The notes under the pieces are model-generated. The model worked only from the letters and a program-made list of their open reading frames with translations, was not told the DNA's origin and ran no database searches. A DNA stretch of 64,000 bases, from positions 166,713 through 230,712 of the forward strand of contig JALSNJ010000040.1 in the NCBI GenBank assembly GCA_026987025.1, written 5' to 3'. The position numbers were made by a program, and so were the translations under genes. Numbering within the stretch: the stretch's first letter is position 1; each line of letters starts with the position of its first letter. Positions 50,592-60,994 of the stretch are shown piece after piece. The stretch is from Candidatus Aminicenantes bacterium. Lineage in GTDB: Bacteria > Acidobacteriota > Aminicenantia > S016-38.

Positions 50592-52313
50592 TCACCAGTT
50601 TCCAAAAACTTTCACACCCAGAACCCTTCTGTCTTTGCTTGCGAGAACCCTGGCCGGCACAAAAGTGGGGTGAACCCTGAGCTCCAGGAATCCCCTTCCC
50701 GTTATCCTCAATTCAACCCTCCTTTGAGCCGGGCTGAATACGACTGTCTTCAGCTTTTTTCCTCTCCAGAAGACCTCCGCCCTCTGGAAGGGTATTCCGG
50801 TTTCCTCAAAGGGAAAGGCGGACTCCAGAACCAGGGGCTTTTTAAAAGAAAAGTAAATTCCGGCTTCGCCAGCGCTCCAGCGGAACCTACCTTCCCGGCC
50901 ATAGAGGCCGTAGAAGTACGGTTTCCCCTTCTTCAAACACCAGTGGGCTGGATGCAATTTCTGGAAGGATAGAAGGCCCCCGAGGATGAAGAACAGAGAT
51001 AGGATAATGGGTAGTGCCCTGGGAAGTTTTATCTTCGCGGGGGTGAGCTTGCTCAAAAGGAAGAAAAACAAGAGGATAACCTCTGGATTCCAGAGGACGC
51101 TGTGCACGAGGAAGGCTATCAAGAACAGCACAAAAACCCTCTTTTCAGGGCCGGGCCTTGCCAGGAGGAAGGGGACGAGAAAGACCACGAAGGCGATGAG
51201 CCCGACGAGACCCAGCTCGGCGGCTACCCCGAGATAAACCGATGGGACCACATCGTTGACCTTAGGGTGGTCGTATTCTGCCATTACGAAGAATATGAAA
51301 TTCCCCGGGCCCACTCCGGAGAGGGGAGCCTCCCTCAAAGCCCTCAGTGCCCTGGAATAGAGGAAGTTTCTCCCTTCGGTCAGGAGGGTTAAATTTCCCG
51401 GGTTTCTGGCGTATTTCCCCATTCTTTTCCACAGGTGAGGCAGGGAGAGAAGGAGGAAAAACAAAAGAAGGGAGAAGTATTTAAACTTGAATTTCCCCAC
51501 TTTTTTCCTGTCCAGGGCAAAAAAGACAAGGGCTAAAACCATCATGAGGAGGCCCGTTCTGGAGGAGGAAAGAACCAGCACGCCCAGGGGAGGGAGGGAC
51601 CAGAGGGCCTCTTTGAATGTGTTTGACCTCAGGAGAATCCAGGAGAAAAGGGCCGCCGAAAATATCCCTGCGGCGTTGGGGTCCGAGAAGGTGCCGTTGA
51701 ACCGGTGAATCCATCTCCAGGGGCCGGAGGGGAGGAAAAATGGCCCTGCGAATTTCTGCACCAGGGCCGCGGCCAGGGGGATGATGGTGGCGGCGGAAAG
51801 AACCCTCAGCCCTTCCTCAACCTTTACCCTTTTAAAAAAGAGGTATCCCAAAGGGCCTGCCGTGTAGAGAAGGAGGGTTGTGGCCAGGAGCAGGACCCCA
51901 AAGGAAAAGCGGGGACCTCCGGGAGCCACCGGGGTATCCTTTAAAAAGGCCAGGGGAGAGAGGGTCAAATTGGACCAGCGAAGCAGAAGGAAGAAGGCCC
52001 CAAGCCATATTAAAATGAGAAAGGGAGAGTAATAGGGCACATTTAATTTTTCCCGCCGCTGAGCCAGGAGGTATCCTGCCACCGGATATATGGAAAAACC
52101 CAGATAATTGAAGGGAATTTCCACCGGAAGGAACCAGGCCAAGGCGTTTACCAGGGGAACCAGGAACAGTGGTAAGTAAGGAGCCCTTCGGGTTAAGGTT
52201 CCGGCCAGGAAACCTGTGAGAAAAAGCCCCAGAAAGAACGGGAGGGCACCCAGCCGGGAGAAGGCCCAGATGTGGAGAAGGAAGGCCAAGGCCGCAGCTA
52301 TTTCAAAGCTCAA
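50592..52313 (-). CDS. O-antigen ligase / polymerase-like (Wzy_C-type) membrane protein with a C-terminal periplasmic extension
   Basis: Twelve predicted TMs with a large loop (…SSSRTGLLMMVLALVFFAL…) typical of WaaL/Wzy_C proteins, plus a ~150-aa C-terminal soluble domain. Confidence 0.5.
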   Translation of the reverse strand: MSFEIAAALAFLLHIWAFSRLGALPFFLGLFLTGFLAGTLTRRAPYLPLFLVPLVNALAWFLPVEIPFNYLGFSIYPVAGYLLAQRREKLNVPYYSPFLILIWLGAFFLLLRWSNLTLSPLAFLKDTPVAPGGPRFSFGVLLLATTLLLYTAGPLGYLFFKRVKVEEGLRVLSAATIIPLAAALVQKFAGPFFLPSGPWRWIHRFNGTFSDPNAAGIFSAALFSWILLRSNTFKEALWSLPPLGVLVLSSSRTGLLMMVLALVFFALDRKKVGKFKFKYFSLLLFFLLLSLPHLWKRMGKYARNPGNLTLLTEGRNFLYSRALRALREAPLSGVGPGNFIFFVMAEYDHPKVNDVVPSVYLGVAAELGLVGLIAFVVFLVPFLLARPGPEKRVFVLFLIAFLVHSVLWNPEVILLFFFLLSKLTPAKIKLPRALPIILSLFFILGGLLSFQKLHPAHWCLKKGKPYFYGLYGREGRFRWSAGEAGIYFSFKKPLVLESAFPFEETGIPFQRAEVFWRGKKLKTVVFSPAQRRVELRITGRGFLELRVHPTFVPARVLASKDRRVLGVKVFGNW

Positions 52314-53376
52314 AGAGGTCCTCCTCCTGGACTTCTTCCAGTATCCACGAAGGAGGTGTAAGGCCGAATTTTTCCAGGGACATCCCGAAAAGTCCCCGGA
52401 TCTCCTCCAGGTCCCTCAGAGGGGAAATCCTCTCCAGGGTGTTCCATACATACTCTAAAGCGTCCCTGGTGGATACCTTTATGTCCTCTATTTTTTCATT
52501 GGAGAAAACAAAAAGGGGGGTGAAATTACCCACTTCCTTCAGGTCCTTTAGCAATTTCTTCCTCAAAAGAGGAAACTTCTGACCGAGGCTCCGGAGGAAG
52601 TCGTTGAGGGCTGAGCTTAAAAGCTTTTTCTCCGGCTCAAATTTTTTCATAAGGTCCAGTCCCACCTCAAGCCTTGAAATTTTGTTTAGAAACTCAAAAA
52701 CCAACTCCCCCTTTATAACATCCCCGTGCTGGGGGGCAATGACCTCGGGCATGGGGTTAAGGAGGGTTATTCTGGCCACCGTTTCCTGTAGGGCCCAGCG
52801 GGTGGGCATGTAAATCTGGTGGAATATGGAGATTCCCTTCCACGATTCGGAATTAGCGTAAACTCCCTCGCCCTTTCTGGTATTGAACCCGGCCAGAAAA
52901 TCCCCTGAGTAAAGAACCCTGCTCTCTAAGTCAAAGAACATGGTGGAGCCACGGAAATGACAGAAATATGCCGGGACGAACTGTATTTTATGCCCGGTTT
53001 TTTTAAGGGTAATTATTCTTCTGGATATAGGTTCCACCCCCTTCAGTTTTTTCTCGTCCACCCCGTACATTTTTATTAGCCTCAGGGTATCCACCGAGGA
53101 TATAATCACGGCCCTGGGAGCCAGGGAAAGAAGGGCGAGCACATTGGCTGAAACATCCGGGTCCTGGTGGCTCAGGAAAATAATATCAAGGTTTTCCACG
53201 CATCCTGCCAGTTCTCTCATGGCATCCACAATCATTTCCAGGTCCAGCTTAGTACCGGGGTCCATTACCATCACCAGTTGGACTTCTTCCTTTCGGAATA
53301 CCTTTATATAGATGTTCCTGTGGAAATCCCTCTCCCCGCTCCTTAGGAGATAAAAATTTCTTCCTATGGTCTCCAT
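52303..53376 (-). CDS. Metallo-beta-lactamase-fold protein (degenerate HxHxDH motif)
   Basis: DIIFLSHQDPDVSAN sits at the position of the MBL HxHxDH motif, with downstream His/Asp ligand contexts (APQHGDVI). About 190 aa of helical C-terminal extension. Confidence 0.4.
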   Translation of the reverse strand: METIGRNFYLLRSGERDFHRNIYIKVFRKEEVQLVMVMDPGTKLDLEMIVDAMRELAGCVENLDIIFLSHQDPDVSANVLALLSLAPRAVIISSVDTLRLIKMYGVDEKKLKGVEPISRRIITLKKTGHKIQFVPAYFCHFRGSTMFFDLESRVLYSGDFLAGFNTRKGEGVYANSESWKGISIFHQIYMPTRWALQETVARITLLNPMPEVIAPQHGDVIKGELVFEFLNKISRLEVGLDLMKKFEPEKKLLSSALNDFLRSLGQKFPLLRKKLLKDLKEVGNFTPLFVFSNEKIEDIKVSTRDALEYVWNTLERISPLRDLEEIRGLFGMSLEKFGLTPPSWILEEVQEEDLFEL

Positions 53377-53499
53377 GGTTGCCCCTTCTGGCCTTACAAG
53401 TAAATAATAGGAAGGGGAGGTAAAAATGGCAAGGAAAAGGGTTTTTTCTGGAAAAATTCCTTTATTTTTCGTAAAAATAGATGTGAGATTAATAAGGAG

Positions 53500-56400
53500 G
53501 TGGACTATATGAGAAAATTCTTAGCCCTTTTAATCCTTCCGGTACTGCTTCTGGCGGGCACCAGGCTTTTAAGGATGCCACATATCAGCGGGGACAAAAT
53601 CGTTTTCTCCTATCAGGGGGATATCTGGATAGCCCCGGCCTCCGGGGGCAGGGCCCACAAACTCACCTCTTATCCTGGCTTTGAGTCCTACCCGAGGTTT
53701 TCCCCCGACGGGAAATATGTGGCCTTTACCGGTCAATATCAGGGAGGGGTGGATGTTTATGTGGTGCCCTTGAGCGGAGGGGATCCGGTTAAACTTACCT
53801 ATCATCCGGGGTGGGAAGAGGTGGTGGGGTGGACCCCCGATGGAAGGGTGGTTTTCGTCTCCGACAGGGAAGCCATATTCCCCACAGCCACGGCCTTTTA
53901 CTCGGTGGACCTGAAGGGGGGTTTTCCGGAGAAGCTGCCCATTGATAGGGGCAGTTTCATAGACTTTTCCCCCGACGGAAGGTATGCCGTCTTCAACAGG
54001 AACAGCGGTTATTTCTGGTGGTGGAAGAGGTATAAGGGCAGCGCCAACCTGGATGTCTGGATTGTGGACCTGAAGAAAAGAAAATTCCGCAGGCTCACCT
54101 CCTGGAAGGGAAACGATGCCTGGCCCATGTGGGGAGCGGATGGAAGGGTTTACTTCGTATCGGAAAGGGACGGTATAGCCAACCTTTATTCCCTGGACCC
54201 CATGGCCAAAAATCCTGCCTCCACCATAAAAAAACACACTAATTTCAAGGAGGACGGCATCCAGTGGCCCTCCATTTCCACCGAAAGGGACAGAATAGCC
54301 TTTGAGCAGAACGGAGAGATTTATGTGTATTACATAAGAAGCGGCAGGCTGGTTAAGCTGGACATCCAGGCCAGAGGGGACCTTCCCTTTCCCTTAAAGG
54401 AGGTTACCAATCCCCAAAAGCTCCTGGGTTCCTTTTCACTTTCCCCCGGCGGAAAAAGGCTGGCTTTGGAAGCCAGGGGGGAGATATTCTCGGTGCCCAG
54501 GAAATACGGCCCCACCAGAAACCTTACCCGCAGTCCCAGAAGGGATAGGGACCCGGCCTGGTCCCCGGACGGAAAATTCGTTGCCTTCGTCTCCGACCGG
54601 GACGGGGAGGAGCAGCTCTATCTTGCGGAGGAGAAAACCGGAAAGTTGAACAGGCTCACCCGCATCCCCCTGTTCAAGAAGCACCCGCTCTGGTCCCCGG
54701 ATGGGCAGAAGATAGCCTTTGCCACCAACGATGGGGGAATCCACATAGTATTTGTGAAGGATAAAAGGACCCTCCTGGTGGACAAAAACCCCACGGGGAT
54801 GAGCCTTGACTACAGCTGGTCTCCGGACAGCAATTTCTTGGCTTATACAAAGAGGGGGAGAAATGGATTGGGGGATATTTTCGTCTACAACCTCAAAGAG
54901 AGGAAGAGCTACAGGTTGATATCCTCCTCCTTTGACGACTTCAGCCCTTCCTTCACTCCGGATGGGAAGAGGCTTATCTACCTATCCATGGATGTAATAA
55001 AGCCCTCCTTTGACTTCTTTGCGGAGATGATAACGGTCAGGGGAGGAACCAGGATTATGAGCGTGGACCTGGTGCCAGGGCTTGCAAACATTTACGAACC
55101 GCAGCCCGACGAGGTGGAGGTAAAGCGGGAAGGGAAAAAAGGAAAAGGGAAGGCGGAAGAGAAGAAAAAAGGCGTTCAGGTTAGGATAGTTTTTCAGGGC
55201 ATAACCGAAAGGATAAGAGCGGTTCCCGTGCCCGCTGGCCAATATTACACCCTGGCGGCGGTGGGGAATTACTACATCTTCTGGGACTACAAGGAGAAGG
55301 CCCTTAAGGCCTACAATATTAAGTCCAGAAAAACCGAAACCTTCGTGAAGGGGATAGAGGGCTACGACATATCCCCCGATGGTAAATTCATCGCTTACAG
55401 AAAGGGAAAGAAAATTGCCATAGCCAGGCTGGGCAAAGTCTCCAGGGACGAGTTCGTTTCCCTTCAGGGATTGAGGATGGAGCTGGACAGGCTGGCGGAG
55501 TGGAGGCAAATCTTTGACGAGGCCTGGCGAATGGTGAAGGACTACTTCTACGACAAGAACCTTCACGGCGTGGATTGGAAGAAGGTAAGGAAGCATTACG
55601 AGGCCCTTCTTCCCTATGTAAGGACCCGTCAGGAGCTCAACATGCTGCTGGAGGAAATGGTGGGGGAGCTCAACGCCTCCCACCAGGGGGCCAGGGGCGG
55701 CGACTTCGGGGTGAAACTTCCCAGGTACAATGTGGGTTTCCTGGGGGTTAAATTCTCCCCTGACCGCTCCAGGGGGCTTTACCGGATTGTCCACATATAC
55801 GCCCACGACCCCGATGTCAGGGCCTTCCACAACCCCGCCTCTGGACTTTTAAAGGAAGGGGAATACATATTGAAGATCGGAGGTCAGCCGGTTTCCGCAT
55901 CCAAGAACATTTACTCCTACCTGGTGGGTTATGCCGGAAAGGAGGTGGAACTTGAGGTTTCCCCGGATGGTAGCAAAGAAAGGGCCAGGAAGGTGATAAT
56001 AAAGGCCATCTCCTCCGAGGCCATGCTCATCTACCACGACTGGGTGGAGAGGAATCGCAGGTATGTGGAGGAGAAAAGCGGAGGAAAAATCGGCTACATC
56101 CACCTCCACGACATGGTGAACTTCGGAATGAGTCAGTTCCTGCGCTGGATAAACGCCTATCGCTATAAGGAGGCCATAATCATAGATGTAAGATTTAACG
56201 GTGGAGGGGGAATTGACCCCTACCTCATAGACATTTTAGAGAGGAGGCCGTATCAGACGGTGAAGGGAAGGAACCAGATAGCGGTGGAAAGGCCCATGGG
56301 AGGATTTTACGGTCATGTGGCCGTTCTAATAAACCAGTTCTCCTATTCCGATGCGGAGGTCTTTCCTGCCGCCTTTAAGGCAAGAAAACTCGGCACCCTC

Positions 56401-56676
56401 ATAGGCGTTCCCACCTTGGGCTTCGTCATAGCCGTCACCTCCTATCCCATGATAGACGGAGGATATGTAAGGAGGACAAGTTGGGGTCTCTGGGAGCTCA
56501 GCGGTGAGATGCTTGAAGGAAGGGGAGCCATACCCGATATCTATGTGGAAAATCCGCCGGAGGCCGTCCTGGCCGGGAAGGACCCCCAGCTGGATAGGGC
56601 CATAGATTATCTTCTGAAGCAGATAAAGGAACATCCCAGAAGGGAGTATCCAAGGCACTACTTCAAAAAACACTGA
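53500..56676 (+). CDS. Tricorn-protease-like protein (tandem beta-propellers, PDZ, S41 C-terminal peptidase)
   Basis: 1058 aa. Signal peptide. Repeated TolB/WD40-like blades (SPDGKYVAF, SPDGRYAVF, SPDGKFVAF, SPDGQKIAF). A PDZ-like segment (ILKIGGQPV). A C-terminal S41 domain (IIDVRFNGGGGIDPYLID…). Confidence 0.75.
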   Translation: MDYMRKFLALLILPVLLLAGTRLLRMPHISGDKIVFSYQGDIWIAPASGGRAHKLTSYPGFESYPRFSPDGKYVAFTGQYQGGVDVYVVPLSGGDPVKLTYHPGWEEVVGWTPDGRVVFVSDREAIFPTATAFYSVDLKGGFPEKLPIDRGSFIDFSPDGRYAVFNRNSGYFWWWKRYKGSANLDVWIVDLKKRKFRRLTSWKGNDAWPMWGADGRVYFVSERDGIANLYSLDPMAKNPASTIKKHTNFKEDGIQWPSISTERDRIAFEQNGEIYVYYIRSGRLVKLDIQARGDLPFPLKEVTNPQKLLGSFSLSPGGKRLALEARGEIFSVPRKYGPTRNLTRSPRRDRDPAWSPDGKFVAFVSDRDGEEQLYLAEEKTGKLNRLTRIPLFKKHPLWSPDGQKIAFATNDGGIHIVFVKDKRTLLVDKNPTGMSLDYSWSPDSNFLAYTKRGRNGLGDIFVYNLKERKSYRLISSSFDDFSPSFTPDGKRLIYLSMDVIKPSFDFFAEMITVRGGTRIMSVDLVPGLANIYEPQPDEVEVKREGKKGKGKAEEKKKGVQVRIVFQGITERIRAVPVPAGQYYTLAAVGNYYIFWDYKEKALKAYNIKSRKTETFVKGIEGYDISPDGKFIAYRKGKKIAIARLGKVSRDEFVSLQGLRMELDRLAEWRQIFDEAWRMVKDYFYDKNLHGVDWKKVRKHYEALLPYVRTRQELNMLLEEMVGELNASHQGARGGDFGVKLPRYNVGFLGVKFSPDRSRGLYRIVHIYAHDPDVRAFHNPASGLLKEGEYILKIGGQPVSASKNIYSYLVGYAGKEVELEVSPDGSKERARKVIIKAISSEAMLIYHDWVERNRRYVEEKSGGKIGYIHLHDMVNFGMSQFLRWINAYRYKEAIIIDVRFNGGGGIDPYLIDILERRPYQTVKGRNQIAVERPMGGFYGHVAVLINQFSYSDAEVFPAAFKARKLGTLIGVPTLGFVIAVTSYPMIDGGYVRRTSWGLWELSGEMLEGRGAIPDIYVENPPEAVLAGKDPQLDRAIDYLLKQIKEHPRREYPRHYFKKH

Positions 56677-56719
56677 ACCCTGTTGACTGAGGAAGGGCAA
56701 GTCATTTAAACTTTTATTC

Positions 56720-57661
56720 GTGAAGAAGATTTCAGTGGTTATTCCGGTCTATAACGAGGAGGAAAACCTCCTTCCTTTGTACGACGAGCTTAAGGAAGTT
56801 CTGAAGGACCTTCCCCTGGAGCACGAGATAATAATGGTGGATGACGGGAGCAAAGACCGCTCCTGGGAGATAATAAAGGACTTAGCCAGCAGGGACCCAT
56901 CGGTTAAAGGGATAAGGTTTCGCAGGAATTTCGGCCAGACCCCTGCCATGGTGGCGGGTTTCCACGAGGCCACCGGCGATGTGGTGGTGACCATGGACGC
57001 CGACAGGCAGAACGACCCCAAGGACATTCCCAGGCTCCTGGAGAAGATGAGGGAAGGATACGACATAGTGAGCGGCTGGAGGAAGGACAGGAAGGACCCC
57101 TTCCTCACCAGAAAGTTGCCCTCCATCATAGCCAATAAACTCATCTCCTGGGTGACGGGCCTTCACCTTCACGATTACGGCTGCACCCTCAAGGCTTACA
57201 AAGCAGAAGTGGTGAAGAACATAGACCTTTACGGTCAGATGCACAGGTTCATTCCTGCGGTGGCCTCCATGTACGGGGTGGAGGTGGCGGAGATAGTGGT
57301 AAACCACAGGCCCAGGGTGGCGGGAAAATCAAAATATGGCCTTTCCAGAACCTTCAAGGTTATCCTTGACCTTATTTCCCTCAAGTTCCTCCTGAGCTAT
57401 TCCACAAGACCTCTCCACATCTTCGGTGGACTGGGCCTTCTTTCCTTTACCCTGGGGATGATATCCGGGCTTTACCTTACCTACATAAAATATGTGCACA
57501 GGAAGCCCATAGGAAATCGCCCTCTTCTTTCTCTAACGGTCTTATTGATTTTAGCAGGGGTTCAGCTAATAGTTCTGGGACTGCTGGGTGAGCTCCTCAC
57601 CAGGGCCTATCACGAAAGCTCCGGCAAGAAGATATATTCCGTAAAGGAAAGGGTGCCTTAA
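56720..57661 (+). CDS. GT2 polyprenol-phosphate glycosyltransferase (GtrB/ArnC/DPM1-like)
   Basis: ISVVIPVYNEEENL, the DxD-like MVDDGSKD, DADRQNDP, and two C-terminal TM helices. Confidence 0.85.
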   Translation: MKKISVVIPVYNEEENLLPLYDELKEVLKDLPLEHEIIMVDDGSKDRSWEIIKDLASRDPSVKGIRFRRNFGQTPAMVAGFHEATGDVVVTMDADRQNDPKDIPRLLEKMREGYDIVSGWRKDRKDPFLTRKLPSIIANKLISWVTGLHLHDYGCTLKAYKAEVVKNIDLYGQMHRFIPAVASMYGVEVAEIVVNHRPRVAGKSKYGLSRTFKVILDLISLKFLLSYSTRPLHIFGGLGLLSFTLGMISGLYLTYIKYVHRKPIGNRPLLSLTVLLILAGVQLIVLGLLGELLTRAYHESSGKKIYSVKERVP

Positions 57662-57859
57662 ACCTCCGTTGAGCGGAAAAAAAGAAGGGGGGACCCTGTC
57701 CCCCCTACGGATATCTATTTCCAAAAAAGCCACCCCCCGTTTTTAATTAGCAAATCCTGTGCCACATTTCGCCCCCGGTAGAGGCCGTTTTTTTCGCCTG
57801 AGGTGTAAAAAGACTTTACATCGCAGGATAAAAAATTTACATTCCCCCTCCCTTTTTCC

Positions 57860-57890
57860 ACGACGGAGGTATGTTGTATAATAAAGTTGA
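57860..57890 (+). promoter_or_regulatory. Putative promoter of fbaB
   Basis: TTGTATAAT extended -10-like element ~30 nt upstream of the AAGGAGG RBS. Confidence 0.3.
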
Positions 57891-57915
57891 AACTAAAATA
57901 TAAAGGAGGGGTGAG

Positions 57916-58965
57916 ATGATAGATGTGGAAAAAATCCTTGGAGACGAGGCCGACTACCTTTTAAACCATAAGTGCACCACCATTCCCAAGGAAATGCTGC
58001 ACCTTCCCGGGCCGGATTTTGTGGACAGAATTTTCGTTCAGACCGACAGGCCCCCTGCTGTGCTGAGGAACCTGCAGCTCATTTTCAACACCGGAAGGCT
58101 TGCCGGCACTGGCTATCTCTCAATACTTCCCGTGGACCAGGGGGTGGAGCACTCCGCCGGGGCCTCCTTTGCCCCCAATCCCATTTATTTTGACCCTGAA
58201 AACATAGTTAAATTGGCCATTGAAGGCGGATGCAACGCTGTGGCCACCACCCTGGGGGTTTTAGGGGCCGTTTCCAGAAAATATGCCCACAAAATTCCTT
58301 TCATAGTTAAGATCAACCACAACGAGCTTTTGACCTATCCCAACAAATACGACCAGACCCTCTTTGCCTCGGTGGAGCAGGCCTTTAACCTGGGGGCCGT
58401 GGGAGTGGGAGCCACCGTTTACTTCGGTTCCCCTGAGTCCAGAAGGCAAATTCAGGAGATATCCCAGGCCTTTGAGTACGCCCACAGCCTGGGTATGGTT
58501 ACGGTTCTCTGGGCTTACCTGAGAAACAAGGCCTTCAAGACGGAGGAAAAGGACTACCATGTGGCGGCGGACCTGACAGGGCAGGCCAATTACTTAGGGG
58601 CCACCATTGAGGCGGACATAATAAAGCAAAAGCAACCGGAGAACAACGGGGGATTTATAGCACTTAAATTCGGCAAGACCCATCCCAAGATGTACGAGGA
58701 GCTCATGAGCGACCATCCCATTGACCTGACCCGTTATCAGGTGGCCAATTGTTATATGGGAAGGATAGGGCTTATCAACTCCGGAGGGCCCTCCGGAAAG
58801 AACGACCTGCAGCAGGCCGTAAAGACCGCCGTGATAAATAAGAGGGCAGGGGGAATGGGTCTCATAACCGGAAGGAAGGCCTTCCAGAAACCCATGAAGG
58901 AAGGGGTGGAGCTTCTCCACGCCATTCAGGATGTTTACCTCAACAAGGACATAACGGTAGCGTAG
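57916..58965 (+). CDS. fbaB: Class I fructose-bisphosphate aldolase (DhnA/FbaB type)
   Basis: Near-colinear identity to E. coli FbaB: [49 protein letters not shown], and [10 protein letters not shown]. Confidence 0.9.
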   Translation: MIDVEKILGDEADYLLNHKCTTIPKEMLHLPGPDFVDRIFVQTDRPPAVLRNLQLIFNTGRLAGTGYLSILPVDQGVEHSAGASFAPNPIYFDPENIVKLAIEGGCNAVATTLGVLGAVSRKYAHKIPFIVKINHNELLTYPNKYDQTLFASVEQAFNLGAVGVGATVYFGSPESRRQIQEISQAFEYAHSLGMVTVLWAYLRNKAFKTEEKDYHVAADLTGQANYLGATIEADIIKQKQPENNGGFIALKFGKTHPKMYEELMSDHPIDLTRYQVANCYMGRIGLINSGGPSGKNDLQQAVKTAVINKRAGGMGLITGRKAFQKPMKEGVELLHAIQDVYLNKDITVA

Positions 58966-58997
58966 GACTTGACAGGGGGGATATAATAATTTCGGAC

Positions 58998-59074
<77 letters not shown>

Positions 59075-59132
59075 TCCCCCTTTTAGAGCCGTCCCTTGCA
59101 ATCTCCCCCCTGGCATTATATAATTTCCCTTC

Positions 59133-60062
59133 ATGAGAAAACTTTTTGTTTTAATCTCCCTTTTGTTTCTGCTCCCTTTCTGCAAATCCGGGAAGGATAA
59201 ACCCTCCAGGCCTAAATTCCCCAAGGAGGAAGGCGAATACCGTGCTGTTCTGCAGATAGGGGATAGAACTTATACCACCAGGGATTTTGAGATTTTCCTG
59301 GAGGGAAAGAGAATCTCTAAAAAGGGTTTGTCGGCGGCGGCCCGTTCTTCGCTGTTTCGGAGGTTCGTTAACACGAGATTATTGCTCCGGGATGCCGAAA
59401 GAAGAAAGATAATACTGAATCCCGACGAGATTTCCCTTTATAGAAAGATACTTGAGGACCTGAAGGTTAAGGTGGATGCGTCGGTTTTAAAGTCCATCTA
59501 CGAAAACCTCATAATAAGCAAGTACCTGGGAGAAGTAGTTTACAAAGGCTTAAAGGTTAGCGACCAGGAAGCCTACGAATACTACAGAAGCCATCCCCAG
59601 GAGTTCATCAGAAAGGAAAGGGTAAAGCTGCACCACATTCTCGTTGACTCTGAGCCCTTAGCTCTTCAACTCAGGGAGAAGCTTTCCAGGGCTGGGGTGA
59701 AGGAGTTTGAAGCCCTGGCCAGGAAATTTTCCACAGCCCCCGAGGCTAAAAACGGTGGGAGGATGGGCTGGTATGAGAAGGGCGACCTTCCCCCGGAAAT
59801 GGAGGATGTGGTCTTTTCCCTGGCTCCAGGGGAGATTTCTCAGGTGGTAAAGACCTCCATGGGTTATCACATATTCCGCCTGGACCAGCGCCAGCCCCAG
59901 AGGATGCTGGGCTTCCAGGAGGTGAAGGATAGGATTAAACAGAAGCTTCTGGAGGAAAAGAGGGATAGGGCCCTGGAGCAATGGATAGAAAGGCTCAAAA
60001 AGCAATACAATGTTATCCTTTACCCTGAGAACCTGGATTTTAGATACAAGGAGGAGGAATGA
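59133..60062 (+). CDS. Parvulin-type peptidyl-prolyl isomerase (SurA/PrsA-like lipoprotein)
   Basis: Lipobox LLPFC. A PpiC domain (KVKLHHILV…NGGRMGWYEKGDLPPEMEDVVFSLAPGEISQVVKTSMGYHIFRL). Confidence 0.7.
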   Translation: MRKLFVLISLLFLLPFCKSGKDKPSRPKFPKEEGEYRAVLQIGDRTYTTRDFEIFLEGKRISKKGLSAAARSSLFRRFVNTRLLLRDAERRKIILNPDEISLYRKILEDLKVKVDASVLKSIYENLIISKYLGEVVYKGLKVSDQEAYEYYRSHPQEFIRKERVKLHHILVDSEPLALQLREKLSRAGVKEFEALARKFSTAPEAKNGGRMGWYEKGDLPPEMEDVVFSLAPGEISQVVKTSMGYHIFRLDQRQPQRMLGFQEVKDRIKQKLLEEKRDRALEQWIERLKKQYNVILYPENLDFRYKEEE

Positions 60063-60994
60063 AAAAATTGGCGCTTTCCCTCGCCCTGGGTTCCCTGCTT
60101 CTGGCAGGGGAATACAAACTGGTGGACGAAGTCCTGGCGGTGGTGGGCGACGAGATAATCACCCTTTCCGATGTAAAGGCTTACGAGAAGGAACTTTACA
60201 AATTTTTATCCCAGAAATACAGTGGCCAGGAACTTGAGGAGAAATTTGCCCAGGAGAGAAAAGGGCTTCTGGATAACATGATACAGAGGAAGCTCCTCTT
60301 GGTAAAGGCCCGCCAGGAAGGCCTTACCGTGGATGAGGAGTTAAAGATAACCATGAAGAACCTCGCAAAACAATACGGATTTTCCACGGTTGAGGAACTG
60401 GAGCAGGCCATGAAAGCCCAGGGGATGGATGTGGAGGAGTGGAAGAGAACGGCTAAGGAAAACCTGCTCCAGCAAAAGCTCATACAGCGGGAAGTGGAGG
60501 CGAAGATTTCGGTTACCGAAGGGGAAATAAGGGATTATTACGAGGCCCATAGGGCGGAATTCGGGGAGCCGGCCCGATGGGTTCTAAGGGCCATAAAGGT
60601 GAAAAAGGGTGGGGAAGCAGAGGCCCGGAAAAGGAAAATAGACGAAGTCCTGGCGAAAAAGGGATTTGACGAGGCGGTGAAGCTTTCGGCTCCACCCTTC
60701 AACGGCAACGGGGGAGAATTGGGAGAGCTTACCGTGGATGAAATAAGGCCTGAGTTTCTTGGGGCCATAAAGAAAACCCCTGCCGGAGCCCTCACCCCCT
60801 GGCTGGAGGCAGAGGACGGATGGTACAAATTCCTGGTGGAGAAATACATCCCTCCCAGGTTTAAAACCCTTTCCCAGGTGAGGAAGGAGATAGAGAACAA
60901 AATCCTTGCCAGAAAAAGGCAGGAAGCTTTGAAGAAGTTTATTGAGGAACTTAAAAAAGAAATTCCAGTGAGGATTCTCCGCCGCTATCCATGA
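60059..60994 (+). CDS. SurA N-terminal-domain protein (periplasmic chaperone-like)
   Basis: Signal peptide. EVLAVVGDEIITLSDV is the SurA N-domain consensus. A degenerate rotamase-like C-terminus. 4-nt overlaps on both sides. Confidence 0.5.
   Translation: MKKLALSLALGSLLLAGEYKLVDEVLAVVGDEIITLSDVKAYEKELYKFLSQKYSGQELEEKFAQERKGLLDNMIQRKLLLVKARQEGLTVDEELKITMKNLAKQYGFSTVEELEQAMKAQGMDVEEWKRTAKENLLQQKLIQREVEAKISVTEGEIRDYYEAHRAEFGEPARWVLRAIKVKKGGEAEARKRKIDEVLAKKGFDEAVKLSAPPFNGNGGELGELTVDEIRPEFLGAIKKTPAGALTPWLEAEDGWYKFLVEKYIPPRFKTLSQVRKEIENKILARKRQEALKKFIEELKKEIPVRILRRYP

Noticed and set aside
57662-57915. Terminator-like GC hairpins after the GT2 gene (gggggaccctgtcccccc; ccccggtagaggccg)
   Set aside because: The first hairpin is not followed by a U-run, and the second has only a 3-4-bp stem. 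They may still act as weak terminators but cannot be called confidently.
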